DNA from: Catajapyx aquilonaris
Lineage: Eukaryota
Direction of reading: 5' to 3'
NCBI GenBank assembly: GCA_000934665.2
Contig: JYFJ02003921.1
Coordinates: 1-36,407, forward strand
DNA: 36,407 bases
The notes under the pieces are model-generated. The model had not been told where the DNA came from, ran no database searches, and worked only from the letters and a program-made list of their open reading frames with translations. Made by a program: the position numbers and the translations under genes. This document shows, piece after piece, positions 23,101 to 34,148 of the stretch (position 1 is the first letter of the stretch; the number at the start of each line of letters is the position of its first letter).

Positions 23101-26100
23101 AACAGATACCAAGCTACGAGTACCTACACTGGAAGACTCCAGTATGTCAAAGTTTGCACCCTCTCTGAAAGTGGGTGGCAATCCTACCAGTCTATTATAG
23201 TCTTTCTCGATTTCCGCCCCAAAGTGGCTTTAAGGATGTGAGTCAAAGGATGTGGACGTCCTGCCTTGAGTAACACTATGACACGTGTTCATCCTGGAGG
23301 TGACTAACTGTACACTCGTGACACTCCCCCTGGCTGCTAAAAGGGGTGACCCTCCTGGGTCACGGGGCACTTGGGTAGGTCGAAGAGTCTGATTGGGTAC
23401 ATCCATGGAAGTTCACATTTGATGTCTGCTGTCAAACAACACCGCTAGTCACTGCCAAAGAGTTCTGCTATAATCTCTATGTATAAACGAGAATGTTTGT
23501 CCATATATACGAGTATTCCGGTGATTATGGGAGTAGTACAATGTCAACATAAAAGATGAGAGTAACTTTAAAAGCCTGAGAATTTTCCTTGTATAATATT
23601 TACTGGGCCAGAAACCTTTGTTACACCCTGTATTAAATGGAAAAATGCGAAGAGTATAAAAATATGGTCGGTTGACAGGTTTTTCCGCGAGAGGAAGTGC
23701 CAGAAAATATGGCAAGTGAGTTGTCATCTAGCCCGTGTTGCCGATGTGAACTTTGGGTGGAATTTCGTCCCACTGCTAGCAGGGGCTGATCCAGACTTTC
23801 GATTTGGGGGGGGGTCATGGTGTCATGGTCCTGTCGGACCGTTCTGTACCATACCGCAGACTTGGTGGCGTTTGCGAGGCGGGGTGGGGGCATAAGTCAC
23901 AAAGGGCGGGGAGGAAGAGCGCCGCAGGCGAAAATTTCTGGGGGGTTCAAGGTCACACGAGTTTAGGTGAATGTAGGAGATTTGAATGGGTGTATACAGT
24001 ATTTGATGAAATTGGTAGCACTTTTTCCAAAAAATCATCCTAATTTGCAGATTAAAATTTAGAACTTTCCACGGTTTGGGGGGGGTCATGACCCCCGTGA
24101 CCCCCCCCCTGGATCCGCCCCTGTTGACCGTAGCAGGTTGGTGTAGTGGTTAAGGAGTCTGACTGCTAATCGGGAGGTCCTCGGTTCGATTCCCGGGGCC
24201 GGCGATNCCAAAATTCTTGTCATGTCTTTTGCATAGTTGCTATAGGTGTTTAGGTCAAAAATGACAAAAATGTTGGTTATCATGTTTTTCCAACACACCC
24301 CTCGAAAGTACGTACGTGTACCCTTCGATTGGCACCCCTCGGCTCAGAGGCCACGCCCATTTTTCCCGCCAAATTTTGAAGGCACTTTTAAATATTTCGT
24401 AATTTATCCAGTAATGTCATTTTGATGCAACAGAGTGATGGAATGTGTGCTTAGAGGCATGGGCTAGCTATTATGAACAAAAATCCCAAATCCCAGACCA
24501 GCTAGGACCTCAGGTGCCCCATTGCACCAACCGGAATTACCGATCCGATAGCTCTTAATGGATCATTAGGAGCCCTTTTAACGTGTGCTAACGATCTGTT
24601 AGGAGTTATCGAATCGGTAATTTCGTTGGCGCAATAGGGCATGCGAATCCACCAGGTCTCCCTCATCAGTCATCACAAACTCTCTCTGAAGGTGGGGGCA
24701 CCCATCACGCTCCTTCGAAATCTGGATCCCCCATTTATGCAATGGCACTCGGTTCCATAATATATTATTGCAAAGGTAACTACGAAATCAATGCGTTACT
24801 CCTATGGAAAAGTATTTCATAACCCGAGCAAAGCCGGGCATCCTGCTAGTTCGTCAATAAAAATGCCAAGTTATGAATCAAGTGATGTTTACAACTCCTT
24901 CACCTTGATAAAACACACTGTTCATAGTCACATGCATAATCTGTCCAAGTCACTGGCCCAAATTTATGCAAAAATGCCATTGCATTAATTTTTCCCTTCG
25001 AAAAAGGGCGCCGTACATGGGTCATCTGATTTTTAATTGTCTGTTCCACGGTCACGGTCGGTTCGATCAAGTTTCGATGTTCTCTTCCGTCGCCGCGACT
25101 ATAGTGGCGCTAGTTGCAGTACAGTGCTGGACATATTAGCCGTCGCTGAATGTTTTTTTTCCGGCGGCGGCGGCGGCGGCGTTACCTGTCAACCCTGTCC
25201 GGCGGGCCAATTCAAACATCAGCCCATGGAGAGCGCTTCCATTGTTGCCACTGTTTACAAATCGAGTGAGTGACGCGGACGACCCAGCGACGGGTCTCTT
25301 CTGCCTGCGCACTCACTCACTCAATTTGTAAACAGTGGCAACAATGGAAGCGCTCTCCATGGGCTGATGTTTAAATTGGCCCGCCGGACGGGGTTGCCAG
25401 GTAACGCAGCGCCGTCGCCGACGGAAAAAAAACATTCAGCGACGGCTAATTTGTCCAGCACTGTACTACTCGTCTGTCACTTTGGTCACATCCAATTATC
25501 TACTCTCTTTTTTTTCATCGCACAATGTTGGACTTGATTTTTCCCAAAGCCTCCCACCAATATTCTTCAGGTAAACTCGTCTCAATACTGTCACTCATGA
25601 AAATCAGTGAAATAATGGGAATAAAACAGTGGCACAATATCTCCCCGTCTATAGTCCCCCTTTTTCATTCATTGGGTCATAGTCATAGCTCAAGAACAAA
25701 TGCAGATTTTAAAAAACATCAACTCGTATTTACTACCTTCAATTATGTAGTTATCGAAATATTAACTTACCTGCATGGTTACGAGAAGCAACCGGCCACT
25801 CACGGCAACCACTACTATACCACCAAGTGCAAAACTTGAAGAAAATGAAAACTTCAACAATAATATATTTTACGGGCCTTATCACAACAAATCGCGAATT
25901 TCTCTAATTCAGACCCACATCTATGCTTTCAGGATAATTCCATGTCAGGGCTGGATCCTAACCTTGGCGGAAATGGCTGCGAACCTGGCGATAATGAATG
26001 CACGATGTCAGCTGTAGTTGATCGAAGTGATGAACCATCTCCTGGGCCAAGCGGAATGGTGACCAGGAACAAAAAATACAATGTAAGTAAAGTTAAGTTG

Positions 26101-29100
26101 GGGAAAAAAATAATGTTTTCCATTTTCACCAGTACATTGCAAAACTTGCATTCTTTTTTAAATATTAAATTACTGATCTGTCCTATTCTACCAGTAATTT
26201 ACAAGAGATACAGTATATTATGTAGCATCGCCGAGTTTGTATTCCAATTACAAAATTCACAAACATAATAATTATGTTGCGTTGGTCCAGGCCATGAAAT
26301 ATTTTGATTGTAGAGTTTTAAACCTGTCTGTAGATGGTAATTTTCAGAAGAGGGTGACTGAAAGTTACAGAATTAAATCAGGGCAACATAAAAGTCATAA
26401 AAATTAGCTGATATGTTATTCATATAAAATTATCGGTATCGGTTGCATAACTAGTAGCAAAGATCAGGTGGAATTAGATGTTCATTTCACATGTTGCAGG
26501 TTCCTGCAAATAAAGATTTAGAACAGTTTGAAGACAGTGAGCATTCCAGTACTGTGAGGGATTCTGGGGGTGATTCTGATTACATTCCTCCAAGTCGCTC
26601 AGCTGGCAGAACCTTGAAGAGGAAGATGAAGAAGCGAAAGGGAGAGGTATGTTTTGCTAAATTATTTAGGAGCCATAAAATGTTGCAATTGATGACTTTA
26701 GGCCAGTGGTTTCCAACCTGGGGGTCGCGGGCAGGGTTGCGGGGGGTCGCGAGCTTTAGTGCAATAATATTTTGCAATATAATTATGTGCAATAATGAAG
26801 AGTTAATAATGATTGAATACTGTGTACCTACGAGTTTCATGTTTGAGCCATAGTTCGGCTAGAGAAATCTAGTAATGTTCGCATCATGCATTCCTCTATT
26901 CGCGGAGGCCCTGCTATACCGAGCTCACGGAGCCAATCAAGAGAGGCATCTTATTATTACGATTATGTGGCATGAGAGAATAGTGGGGAATTTTGCGAAG
27001 GGGCAATGCAGGTGGATCTGCACAGTCTGGGTGGAGGGAGACTTTTATATTACACTACAGTATCGTAGGAGGTAGGAGTGACAGTGGGCTGCTGCGGGGA
27101 TTCCCTGCTCATGCTCATCAACAAGAGTCAACCTGTGTGGGGAGGCTCCCGGACAAGGGGGTAATCACTTCGGTACTCCGGTGTACACCTGCAGTGGTAC
27201 TCTTCGGTACTCCTTTGGTACTCCTTGGTACTCTTCGGTACTCCTCGGTACTCTTCGGTACTCCTCGGTACTCCTTGGTACTCCTTGGTATTCCCAGGTA
27301 CTCCCGTCGGAAGGCGCGACGATAGAATTGATACGCTTACGTACGTAACAAGAGGAGACCAGATGGTTGAGAGAGGAGGAGGTGGGCAAAGGGGGGCATT
27401 CGCTAAACCATTGTTTCCTGCTGACAGAATCATGGATGGGATCAGGCGCTGAGACTACCTATTCTACTAGTTAGGCGATGTCGTTTTGGCAAAGCGCAAA
27501 GGTTTTATGACACAATAATATGCATCATATTAGATTCTCCAAGCCTTCTGGCATGGGCCTACTGGTAAACATTAGTAAAAGTACGTAGTTTTAAAATTCC
27601 CCTCAGAGTCTTGAGGAAATGTTGGGTGAAAAGCAATGCGATAAGCTGGCCGCCATGTTGAGTGATGCGATAAAATCGCAGACGTCTGCCCCGGGGCCGC
27701 CCTAGCCCTAGCTCTTCAGAGTTCTCCGGCTGCCCTTTTTAGGTCTACGGGAGCCACCGGTCCTTGTTATCAATGCATCGTAACCAACCACGTGCGGCCT
27801 TTTTCACGTTGTGGTCTTCATTCCTTCCCTTGAAATATCGATACCGACTGAGGGTGATACACGCCTGCCCCGGGCCGGCCCTCCCTCGTTAGAGTATGTC
27901 GCCTGCGCTGTCGAGGTCTCTGGGACCTGGTGGCTCCAGTGATGGATAAATCTTAATCTAACGTGTACTGGTTATTCAGCACATTCTTGCCCTCTCAAGG
28001 TCGACCTTGAACATGTAGAATAAAGTCACTTATATTTTGGAAAAATTGGGGTTTCAAATCTGCAGGTGTCTGAAGTGTGCTACAATAACGCTATTTATCA
28101 TAATTGCAGTTACGCTGCTGCATCCTCGTCTCCGCAAAAAAATCTTTTCAAAGTACTGGTCTGGTGTGCGACAAAAATCGACTACCGTCATACAAGTGCG
28201 AGTGCATTTGTCGGAGATCGCAATGTTCCAATTTGATAAATTATTTTCTTGCTGCTAGCACTGTTTATGCTGTAATAGGGATGAATTTCCACAACCGGGT
28301 CAAACAATACGTAAATCCTCGTCGTCTTTCCGACATTCCGACGAATTTTTTATTTGCCTTCAATCGCATTTTTATGTGCAGGGGATATGTGTATTATGAA
28401 CATGTCGGTCAACATGACACACGACAATGGCTCCGACGACGACAGCCTTTACACCAACAGGGTGGCAGAATAAGGGCCCGGAAATGTGCAATAATACGCC
28501 ATCCGAATCATTCGCACGTGTGAAGATTTAAAGGGCGGGACAAGTTGGCAACGTTGCTCTAGGCAGACGCCTCGCCCACCATGGTGCTGCGTAACGAATT
28601 TGTTGTAAACAGAGCAGACTCCTGTCAATGTATTTATTCCCGCTAAACAAATGAAAATTTTGACAATGTATTTTACAAAATCGGTTCAGATAATTATGTT
28701 TAAAGTTATTTTTAAAACTTCATAAAGAAATGTACTGCAGCTAGAACATGGTTGTAGAAGACTCAGGTTAGGTCAGCACTCCCCACCCACCCCCTGCCGA
28801 GAGGTTTTGCAGTGGGTGCTCACCTGAGACCGCCACGAGACATTTCCCAGAGCATTTATGTGGCGACCCTATCGGACTAAGGCTGAACTTTACAGGTACG
28901 AAAGGGAAGCGCTACATTCTGGCCCAACATGGCCGCCGGCGGCCATGTCGGGACCCCCAATGTAGCCCTCCCCTTTCGTACCTGGGTGATAAGCCCAGAA
29001 GATAGGGGTAGTGTCCGTGGGCTGATCAGGACAGTCTGGGCTACAACATATCCCATTTTTCAGGCAAATTGAACGGAAGGCCACTGGCCCATACATTTTG

Positions 29101-32100
29101 TGCCATGTCCTTTACACATCCAAAATCATCCAAAACATTATATCCATATCCAGTTTATTGACATCTGCCAGTTATTTGAATGAAAATGCAAGATATTTTA
29201 TCCAAGATGAAAATGCAAGATAATTACAACTGGCAAATGACCCAACAGACTCTTTGGGAATTGGCTGAAATATATGCAAAGAGCGTAATGTATTCAAGGT
29301 ATAAATACCAGGAAAATGTGTGCATGGGATATATAATAATTATAATACAAGTTGTAGTCAAACTCCATATTCGACATTAGCCTACATTACATGGGAAAAA
29401 GAAATGGGTCACGATGAGAAGTAATTTTAAAACTCAGAAAAAAACCTGCTTTGTTGAACTTTTACTGTGGTGGAATCTGATTCTAACAAAAGAAGGTGAC
29501 ACAAACAGTAGTGATAGGCATACTGATGTCCAGAACTGTATGCTAGATTAGTTTTTCCATTTTTGTACTGACAAGTTGGAATAGCCTACATCACAAAAAA
29601 TGGAAATATTTTATGATTGTGAGAGCTTTGATCTCACCATTTTATGTGTTAAATGTTTGAAACCTAATCTATGCAGATTTTCTGTTAAAAATCTGGGTCT
29701 TTGTAAAAAAAACGAGAGAAACCCAAATTTTCCTTGGAAAAAACGAAAAATCAGGGTTTCCCTGGCCTTTACAACACTAGCCCTAACTGTGACAGTTTGG
29801 CCGAATCCGAAACAAATGGGCGTCACGAATAACACTTGAAAAAATCAGAGACAAAGGATGAAAATTCGGGACTGCCCCGGAAAATTCGGGATGTCTTGTC
29901 TCGTTACAGTTATATTTTCCATTTGGAATGTATGACTTACATCATCCACCACATACAATATTTGCGAAGGTGCTGTTTTATACCTTAAAATAGCTGATTA
30001 TTTTGAACTATATTTTTTTGGGTCCAGGGCGGGGAGGGTTACAACTTCCCCCAACCCCCTCCCCCTCCCTACGCCGCTGATCCTGGTACTACAATACTGC
30101 ACTTTTGCAGTGTCGCTTTGTATTTATCTTGTCGTCTCATTTTGTAATGTCCGGGCCAAAAGGTCAAGTTAGTACTTTTGCCTATTACAGCAGCTGCTGT
30201 GGTCTCAAACCACGACTCGGACCGTCCGACCACGCGACCGTCCGACTTCGGGACATGTGGTGTGGCTTCCGGAATATATTCCGGAACCCACACAATGACC
30301 AACGGCCGCACGGCCCACCGTCCGGTTGACATGCACAGCATACACCTTATGTATCGTAATGAACGCCGCCCCCCCCCCCCCCCCCNCGGATTTGAACTAT
30401 AGGCCTATGTTTGAGGTCCGGGGGGAGGGAGGGGGGTTAACCCCCCCCCCAACCTCCCCCACTGCTAGGTTTGGTACTCTTTGGTACTCCCAGGTACTCC
30501 TCGGTACTCTTTGGTACTCCTCGGTACTCTTTGGTACTCCTCGGTACTCCTTGGTACTCCTTGAATTTGGTACTCCGGTGTACACTTTTCAGTCGAGTGA
30601 TTACCCCCTTGCTCCCGGAGTTGTTTTTGTGTTGAGATAGTGTTACCGGGTGTTAGACTGCTGTGTGTGTTCCAAAGTGGGAATCTGCTCTGTTTTTGTG
30701 GTCTACAACGCTATCAACATGGACAAGTTCCTTCTGCATGGAGAAGCGCTCGGTGCCCACGGAGGATTGGACAGAAGCCTCACAATATTGATGAAACACT
30801 TGTATTGGCGGCTGCTGTCGACATTGTTGAATCGTTGTTTGGTTCAGCTTATGGAGATCAGGTACGAATGATTCCATTGGCTGATAACATTGTGGGAAGA
30901 AGGATTGCTAACGATATTGAAGATCAACTTATTGCTTCCCTAAGAGAATCTTCGTTCGCCATATACAACTTGATGAATCCGTCGACGTAGTTAAATATGC
31001 TCACCTGATATCTTATGTTCGTTTTTTCACTGACAATTGCGTTAAAAAATAACTCATCTTCTGCAAATCACGGAACGAACTACAGCAGAATTGTTCAAAA
31101 TCACAGATGATTGCATAACTGTGAAAGGATTGAACTGGAAGGACTGCGTCGGCGTATGTATACCGATGGTGCCCCTGTGATGTCAGTCGTGAAGACTGGT
31201 TTGAGAACTCTCCTTCAATAAAAGAGGTCCGAGACGCAGTATGGACTCACTGCATGATTCATCGAGAATAGTTCGTTTCTCACACAACCAGTTCAGGCAG
31301 GTTTTTCATTATGGAAAAGTTTGTAATATTTCCATTTGTTTCTTTTTGTATGACTACCATAAAATCTCTTAGTTTCCATCACACAAGTGTTTCCGTTACT
31401 GTAGCTCTAACAATAAGACTTGCAGAATTTCATTTGACAGGAATTGCTCTGCTCTTTCTACATTCATCTATGGCAGTGCTTCCCAGCCTTTTTTGTTGGT
31501 GACCCCAGAAAATCATATTGCAAAATTGCAACCCCCACTTTGAAATTTAACCCATACAACCTCCTCACGTCCGCACTAGCATACCAGTACCATACCTATC
31601 GCATCACCTGCCAGGCATGCACATTTTGATCCACCAACATGACAATCGGAATATTATTGTCGAATATCTGCATTGTTCTATCGCTTATCTTACGACAGCG
31701 GACAGGGGTTCACAAACTGTGAGGAGGGACGGTAAAAATTATTTCCACGAAATTATTATAGATCTCTTGGAAATTATGATCATAAGGTAAGTTACAGAAC
31801 AATTCAGATACCGGTACTCGACACTAGTTTAAAATGCTTTTCATTTCACTGTTTAGTTGTTTACCTGCCTTTTCATGTTGGGGGATCAAAATGTGCACAT
31901 CAGGAGGGTCGAGAATTTTACGAGACAATTTTCTGGGGTTGCGAACGGAAAAAATTGGGAAGCACTGCCTTACGAGCATTTTTAAAGAACGATGAAGCCA
32001 TTTTGTAAAAATAATTACTTTGTTGCCATCTCGAGCGACACGAAGTTTGAGGAACGTTGAGATGTCGAAACTGGAGTGCTCAATGGAAACATATATCGCG

Positions 32101-33820
32101 GATAAAAATGTAACACATGAAAAACGAAGAAACATAATTACGTCTGAATTGCCTACTTTGAATGCCCGCGCTACTCTTAGCACGGCAACATGGCCGCCGC
32201 GCGAAAGCGGGCTCATCACTATCGATAGAGGGCGAAGGTGGGCCTTCAGCTTCAGCTATCCATACTATATAGAGATCAGTGGTACGCACCCGTCCACCGT
32301 ACATAATCGTCCCAGGGGCATATAATTTTATTCGTCCTCGGCATCTTTGCATGGGCGCCATCTTTGAAATCTTCTCGGCATTCTTTGCATCACTTTGCAT
32401 GGTGGTCGCCATCTTTGAAATCTTACCGCTTCCTGATTGGCCTCCCTGGTACATCCCTAGGTTGCCAAATCTCTTCCTAACACACTGCGCAGGAGCCGAC
32501 AAGCCCCTCCCACCGGTCTGGGTCTTTCACTGCTTCTTACAAGAAGTGGATATCAGTACGATGAAAATTCCATTTTTAGTAGTAAGCTAGCAGGCGCTTA
32601 TGAGCTGCTAAGTAGCAGTGCTGATAAGAAAGACGAAAATGCGACCCATTATTAAATATTTTTTTCAGTTGAGTACTGCAATGTGTCCCAGACAAACTAC
32701 CGTGAGACCCATTGTGATGCAGCAGCATGTCATTTCATCAGGAGTTGCTAGGGTGCCTGGTTGGAAAGACATGCCTCCAAAGCCCCTAATAAATGTTTCG
32801 AACATGGAAAATGGTAAGATATGACTGTAACACTAATTTTATTCCTGTGTCCTATGTCCTTTGTAAAATGAGCCCATGAAAAACACATGCCTGGCTTTTT
32901 TGCAGGTATGGTTCTCTCTTGGGACGTGCCTTCAGTCACTAATCATACGAAGATAAGCAGCTATCAGCTGTATGTGTATCAGGAAGAGCCAATGCCATCC
33001 AACCCAACTCCGTGGAAGAAGCTCGGGGATGTAAAAGCTTTACCACTGCCTATGACGTGTACACTAACTCAGGTAATATTTTAAATCCATGTAATTCGAG
33101 CCATATTATGTGTTAACCACTTTGGCAGGAAATCATTTCAACAATGAAATGGTCTGAGCAGCTCACTTGGACCAATCAATATTGATGGGAACGAATCAGT
33201 TCACAAATATTTCATTTCTGAGATATAGGCCTACACAGTTGAATCAAGATATAACAGCCTCGGCTATATATTATAACAGACTTTCGGTTATAACATACTC
33301 GAAAGGCCAGTCCCGTCATACTTCTATAGTATATGGCGTGTGTATTCGGCTATAACAGACCTTGGTTATAACAGACTGATTTCCATGGTCTCTTGAAGTC
33401 TGTTATATACTGATTCAACTGTCTTTTTTGCTACTTTTGCATCTGCAAGTAGGATCTTTATCCTTCTGAAGCCCAGATTTTTTTATAAATTTTTGTTATT
33501 TGTTAAATTTTTTTTAAAAAAATTATTTTTATTTTTTTAAATTTTGTAAAAAATTTTAAAACCCAATGGCTAGAGGGCTGTACGCTGGGCGTCAGGAGGT
33601 TATATTCATGTCCAACATTGTCTTCTGTAGATTATGTAAAAGAAATTTTGAAACTGAGCAGAAAAAAACAACGAAGATCCCAGACTTATAATGAGTAATG
33701 TCACATGATGCTATATTTTTTCAGTTTATGAAAGGGCACAAGTACCACTTCACTGTTCGGGCCATTGATGTCAACTCAAGATGTGGACCATTTAGTGAAC
33801 CAGCTGCAGTGTTACACTAA
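19993..33820 (+). CDS. ATF7IP: ATF7IP/MCAF1/Windei-like protein with C-terminal FN3 domain, short form (~426 aa), 9 exons
   Basis: Exons 19993-20167, 21518-21678, 22375-22495, 22857-22975, 25933-26082, 26500-26646, 32669-32813, 32906-33072 and 33725-33820 join in frame (1281 nt) through GT-AG introns. The C-terminus [62 protein letters not shown] is the ATF7IP-family FN3 signature. Linkage of exons 1-6 to the FN3 exons is inferred from phase continuity. Confidence 0.75.
20542..20714. mobile_element. Palindromic MITE with TA TSD
   Basis: TA|CTCCCCTGAATTT...TTTTGCATTTTCTAATT / AATTAGAAAATGCAAAA...AAATTCAGGGGGAG|TA. Confidence 0.78.
21030..21218. mobile_element. 189-bp MITE with 8-bp TSD and internal GGAGTACC repeats (P- or hAT-superfamily)
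   Basis: ATTGAGGC|CTAGGGGTTAACC...GGCTAACCCCTTG|ATTGAGGC. Confidence 0.82.
21518..21678 (+). CDS. ATF7IP-like exon 2
   Basis: ttgcag|AT AAC...TTG|gtgagg; phase-compatible. Confidence 0.65.
22124..22203. mobile_element. 80-bp hairpin MITE with AATT TSD
   Basis: AATT|GATGGGCTCCATGAAAGAAGGGGGCAAC...GTTACCCCCTTCTTTCATGGAGCCCTCC|AATT. Confidence 0.75.
22375..22495 (+). CDS. ATF7IP-like exon 3 (acidic)
   Basis: gtag|AAT GAA GAC...ACA G|gtatg; NEDLEESKEDGAS... Confidence 0.65.
22857..22975 (+). CDS. ATF7IP-like exon 4
   Basis: tttctgcag|GC CAA...GCG|gtatg. Confidence 0.62.
23780..24123. mobile_element. hAT-like MITE
   Basis: CAGGGGCTGATCCAG...CTGGATCCGCCCCTG; TSD not recognisable. Confidence 0.65.
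24127..24205 (+). mobile_element. tRNA-like SINE head or tRNA pseudogene
   Basis: A box TGGTGTAGTGG, B box GGTTCGATTCC, anticodon-like loop CTGCTAA; acceptor stem does not pair. Confidence 0.65.
24514..24642. mobile_element. Short palindromic MITE; relative at ~35360-35467
   Basis: GCACCAAC..AATTACCGATCCGATAGCTC / GAGTTATCGAATCGGTAATT..GTTGGCGC; same ends at 35360-35467. Confidence 0.65.
25122..25463. mobile_element. Tc1/mariner-type foldback MITE
   Basis: TA|CAGTGCTGGACATATTAGCCGTCGCTGAATG...CATTCAGCGACGGCTAATTTGTCCAGCACTG|TA; ~150-bp arms. Confidence 0.88.
25933..26082 (+). CDS. ATF7IP-like exon 5
   Basis: ctttcag|GAT AAT...AAT|gtaagt; contains DEPSPGPSG. Confidence 0.65.
26500..26646 (+). 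CDS. ATF7IP-like exon 6 (DSDYIP motif, basic NLS-like KRKMKKRK)
   Basis: ttgcag|GTT...GAG|gtatg. Confidence 0.68.
27154..30611. mobile_element. 3.46-kb non-autonomous DNA transposon with 8-bp TSD and subterminal GGTACTCY arrays
   Basis: CTCCCGGA|CAAGGGGGTAATCACT...AGTGATTACCCCCTTG|CTCCCGGA; ends homologous to the 21030 MITE. Confidence 0.85.
30719..31270 (+). pseudogene. hAT (Buster/Charlie, ZBED5/ZBED8-like) transposase fossil
   Basis: Frameshifted motifs MDKFL, KPHNIDETLVLAAAVDIV, IPLADNIVGRRI, FAI-QLDESVD, WKDCVGVC-TDGAPVM, WTHCMIHRE; a Buster-like left TIR CAGTGGTTTCCAACCTGGGGTCGCG lies at 26704. Confidence 0.88.
31474..31967. mobile_element. hAT-type MITE
   Basis: CAGTGCTTCCCA...GACCCCAGAAAAT / ATTTTCTGGGGTT...TGGGAAGCACTG. 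Confidence 0.7.
32669..32813 (+). CDS. ATF7IP: ATF7IP-like exon 7 (FN3 start, WKDMPPKP)
   Basis: ttttttcag|TTG...AAT G|gtaag. Confidence 0.85.
32906..33072 (+). CDS. ATF7IP: ATF7IP-like exon 8 (FN3 core)
   Basis: ttttgcag|GT ATG...CAG|gtaat; [20 protein letters not shown]. Confidence 0.92.
33236..33421. mobile_element. pogo/Tigger-like MITE
   Basis: CAGTTGAATCA..TATAACAG, repeated GGTTATAACAGAC, ..CTGTTATA..TGATTCAACTG. Confidence 0.75.
33725..33820 (+). CDS. ATF7IP: ATF7IP-like exon 9 (FN3 end, stop)
   Basis: tttttcag|TTT ATG AAA GGG CAC AAG TAC CAC TTC ACT GTT CGG GCC...TAA. Confidence 0.92.
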   Translation, partial: [31 protein letters not shown]

Positions 33821-34148
33821 CTGTAAGCCAAGGTACACCATGAGTCTACTTTTTCATATGGTATGTAAGTGGTGGACAAATGGGAGTGGAAATACTTTGA
33901 AGTTCAAGGAGATGTTATTGTTTAAATATATTTTAAAACAACTTTGGGAACTTGGGCACCCTGCATAATATTTAGGACAAGAGAATATTTTGTTTTGCTA
34001 ACAAGTGCTATGCAATGAATAGAGCTCTTGTGTTACTTGAATTCATACAAACCTTGAGAATTGGCCAGCATCTCTTCTTAGATGCAAAAATTGGTGCAGC
34101 AGTTTTAAGAAATGGATCAGTATAGTCTGGGTGCTACGGGTTTGAACT

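Noticed and set aside
24127..24205. Functional tRNA-Ser(GCT)
   Set aside because: The acceptor stem does not pair, there is no long variable arm, and it sits among repeats; better explained as a SINE head.
24615..24670. Hammerhead ribozyme (minus-strand CUGAUGA...GAAA)
   Set aside because: No convincing stems I-III, and the GAAA comes from an adjacent MITE.
27170..27305. GGTACTCY repeats (also 21100-21200 and 30470-30580) as a CRISPR array or repeat protein (GTPRYSSVL ORFs)
   Set aside because: Units are ~10 bp with no unique spacers, the context is eukaryotic, and they are subterminal repeats of a TIR element.
31824..32590. Cluster of 100-140-aa overlapping ORFs as extra exons or genes
   Set aside because: No recognisable domains or consistent splice sites; the region has short repeats (CGCCATCTTTGAAATCTT) typical of TE remnants.
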